Assembly: GCA_013265495.1 (NCBI GenBank)
Contig: MU057887.1
Coordinates: 693,985-757,984, forward strand
DNA length: 64,000 nt
Direction of reading: 5' to 3'
Source of the DNA: Vicugna vicugna
Taxonomy: Eukaryota
Below are positions 62,341 to 64,000 of the stretch, one piece after another. The position numbers were made by a program, and so were the translations under genes. Below the pieces are notes generated by a model. It was given only the letters and a program-made list of their open reading frames with translations. It made no database searches and was not told where the DNA came from. Each line of letters begins with the position of its first letter. Within the stretch, counting starts at the first letter, position 1.

Positions 62341-64000
62341 AAGGGGACGGATACATGGGAGCTTTCCGCCACGTTATGCGTGTTTTGTTAGCTGAGCACG
62401 CGTTGATGGCGCACCTGTAACGTGCAGGGTCCTCTCGGAGGCCCTGGCTGGGAGCCGACTGACAGGCCCCAGAGTCAGATGGTGGGCGAGAGTGTGCTGG
62501 TGGGCGAGAGACACGCTACGGATGTGCAAGGTGGGACGTGGCGTGAACACCATTTCCCATCTGTGAGACTAAAATTGGCACTCCATTCTGCCTGACTGTC
62601 AGCCCAGGCTTTGCCATTTCCAGTGGTGGCAGCGCCACTTCAATCCTGATTCTGCCGCTGAAGGGCCAGATAGCCATTGTAAAAGGTACCCAGGAGCCTG
62701 ACGGACCTGGACTTGGTTCCTGGCTTTACAAGCTGTGCCTTATTGTGCAGTTTCTCCAAGCCTTAGATTTCTTGCCTGAAAATGGGAGTATAATACATAA
62801 TTTTATTGCTGAATTGTACAGAGGAATAAATGAAATAAAGCATCTGAAAATTTAAAGTATGTGACAATCTCAGTCAATGCTTGTTTGATTTTGTCCTAGT
62901 CTTCTCTGGGCCTCAGTTTCCACGTCTATTTAATAGGAAAAATGTTGGACAGTACCTTCCTGGTGAGATTATTTGTAAGGATTAAATGAGATAATGTGTA
63001 TTAAATGCTTGATGGATACCTGATACATAGTACTAAATAAATATTAGCTGATACTGTTATTATTTAATACATTTGTGGGTGATCTCCCATGTGCCAGGTT
63101 TTGTGCCAGGCGATGCAGCTGAAAAATGAAAAGTCCTTTCCTGGGAAGCCCTATTCTGGGGAGACAGCAGATGATTATACAGTCATGGGAAATTGCACAA
63201 AGAGCAGAGGGAGCATAGAAGAAAGGGAGTTGGTCCAGATGGTCCATAGAGGGACCTTTTGGTCTGAGCATTTCTGCCTCCTATCACAATAGGAAGCACT
63301 GAGCTGTTGAAAGTGCTAAGAGCCCAGGGCCCTGCTCTTTGGGCTTTTGGGGAGATATGTTAATTGATATGATACCCCTGGGAGGTGTATTGATTGAGTT
63401 AATGCTTTGGCATGTCTTTACCATGGTGGACTCTTCCTTTAGTCAGAGATCAGTCATCAGCCTTTACTGAACATCTGCTCTGAAACAGGTTCTTTGTAGG
63501 GGCTGAAGGTGCGAAGGTAAGTGTGACATCCCTTTTTTTAAGCATGTTAGCGTAATTGCCGTGTAAACGAATTGTAACAGGGGTCCAGTCTAGAAGAGTT
63601 AGTGGCACAAGGGAGCTTGTGGATCTGATGTATAGATTGGTGGGCCAGGAAGGGCCATTGGGTTACTTTGGCTGCATGGCCTACAGGTGAGAGGGCTAAT
63701 TAGAAAGAACAATATATGCAAAGGGACTGTATGCTGACTTTGGGGATTCACTAGTGTCCCTCAGAGGGGTCTCATGGGGTTTGGACCAGAGTCCAGCTGC
63801 TCTGAGAGGATCCATTCAGTGCAGATGGACCTGGAGGGAAGGGAAGATGGGCCAAGGTGCCAGGAGCTGGGTGGGACAGAAAGTGAAGCAAAATGCGGCC
63901 TCAGGGTAGCAAATAGAAAGACACCAGACAAAGCAAAAGTAAGTAAGTGATGGAACAAAAGGATTCTTCTCTGCTTGAGTGTGGGCTGAACTTAGTGACT
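62079..64000 (+). other. ATXN10: ATXN10 intron 1 (partial)
   Basis: Follows the exon 1 donor and contains MIR/L2-like remnants. No further exon was recognised. Confidence 0.8.
62690..63060. mobile_element. Two MIR SINE fragments in ATXN10 intron 1
   Basis: CCTTAGATTTCTTGCCTGAAAATGGGAGTATAATAC and CTCTGGGCCTCAGTTTCCACGTCT..TGTAAGGATTAAATGAGATAATGTGTA cores. Confidence 0.65.

Noticed and set aside
61040..62395. Several long overlapping ORFs (207-285 aa) around the ATXN10 promoter
   Set aside because: Explained by stop-codon scarcity in the CpG island and minisatellite. The real frame is the 116-nt exon at 61963-62078.

Overview
Mammalian genomic DNA, probably a camelid (Camelus/Vicugna/Lama). 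This rests on six copies of a tRNA-derived SINE matching camelid Vic-1, and on my seeing no Alu, Bov-tA or PRE-1 elements. The window spans the FBLN1-ATXN10 interval, syntenic with human 22q13.31. It holds the end of the last FBLN1 intron, the terminal coding exon of fibulin-1 isoform D (11757-11896) with its 3'UTR and polyA signal, about 49 kb of intergenic DNA, and then the CpG-island promoter, first coding exon (61963-62078) and start of intron 1 of ATXN10. Both genes are on the + strand. The rest is interspersed repeats (L1, L2, MIR, MLT1 LTRs, MER20/MER33/MER58, SINEs) and simple repeats, and almost all ORFs in the supplied track are spurious. The best second-look items are an ancient U6 snRNA-L1 chimeric retrocopy, a ~62-bp minisatellite plus G4 motif in the ATXN10 promoter, a co-oriented CTCF motif cluster, a triple-CCAAT/GC-box promoter-like element downstream of FBLN1, and several short perfect duplications. 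I found no convincing evidence of a wholly new biological system. Repeat subfamily names are by-eye recognitions and their boundaries are approximate.
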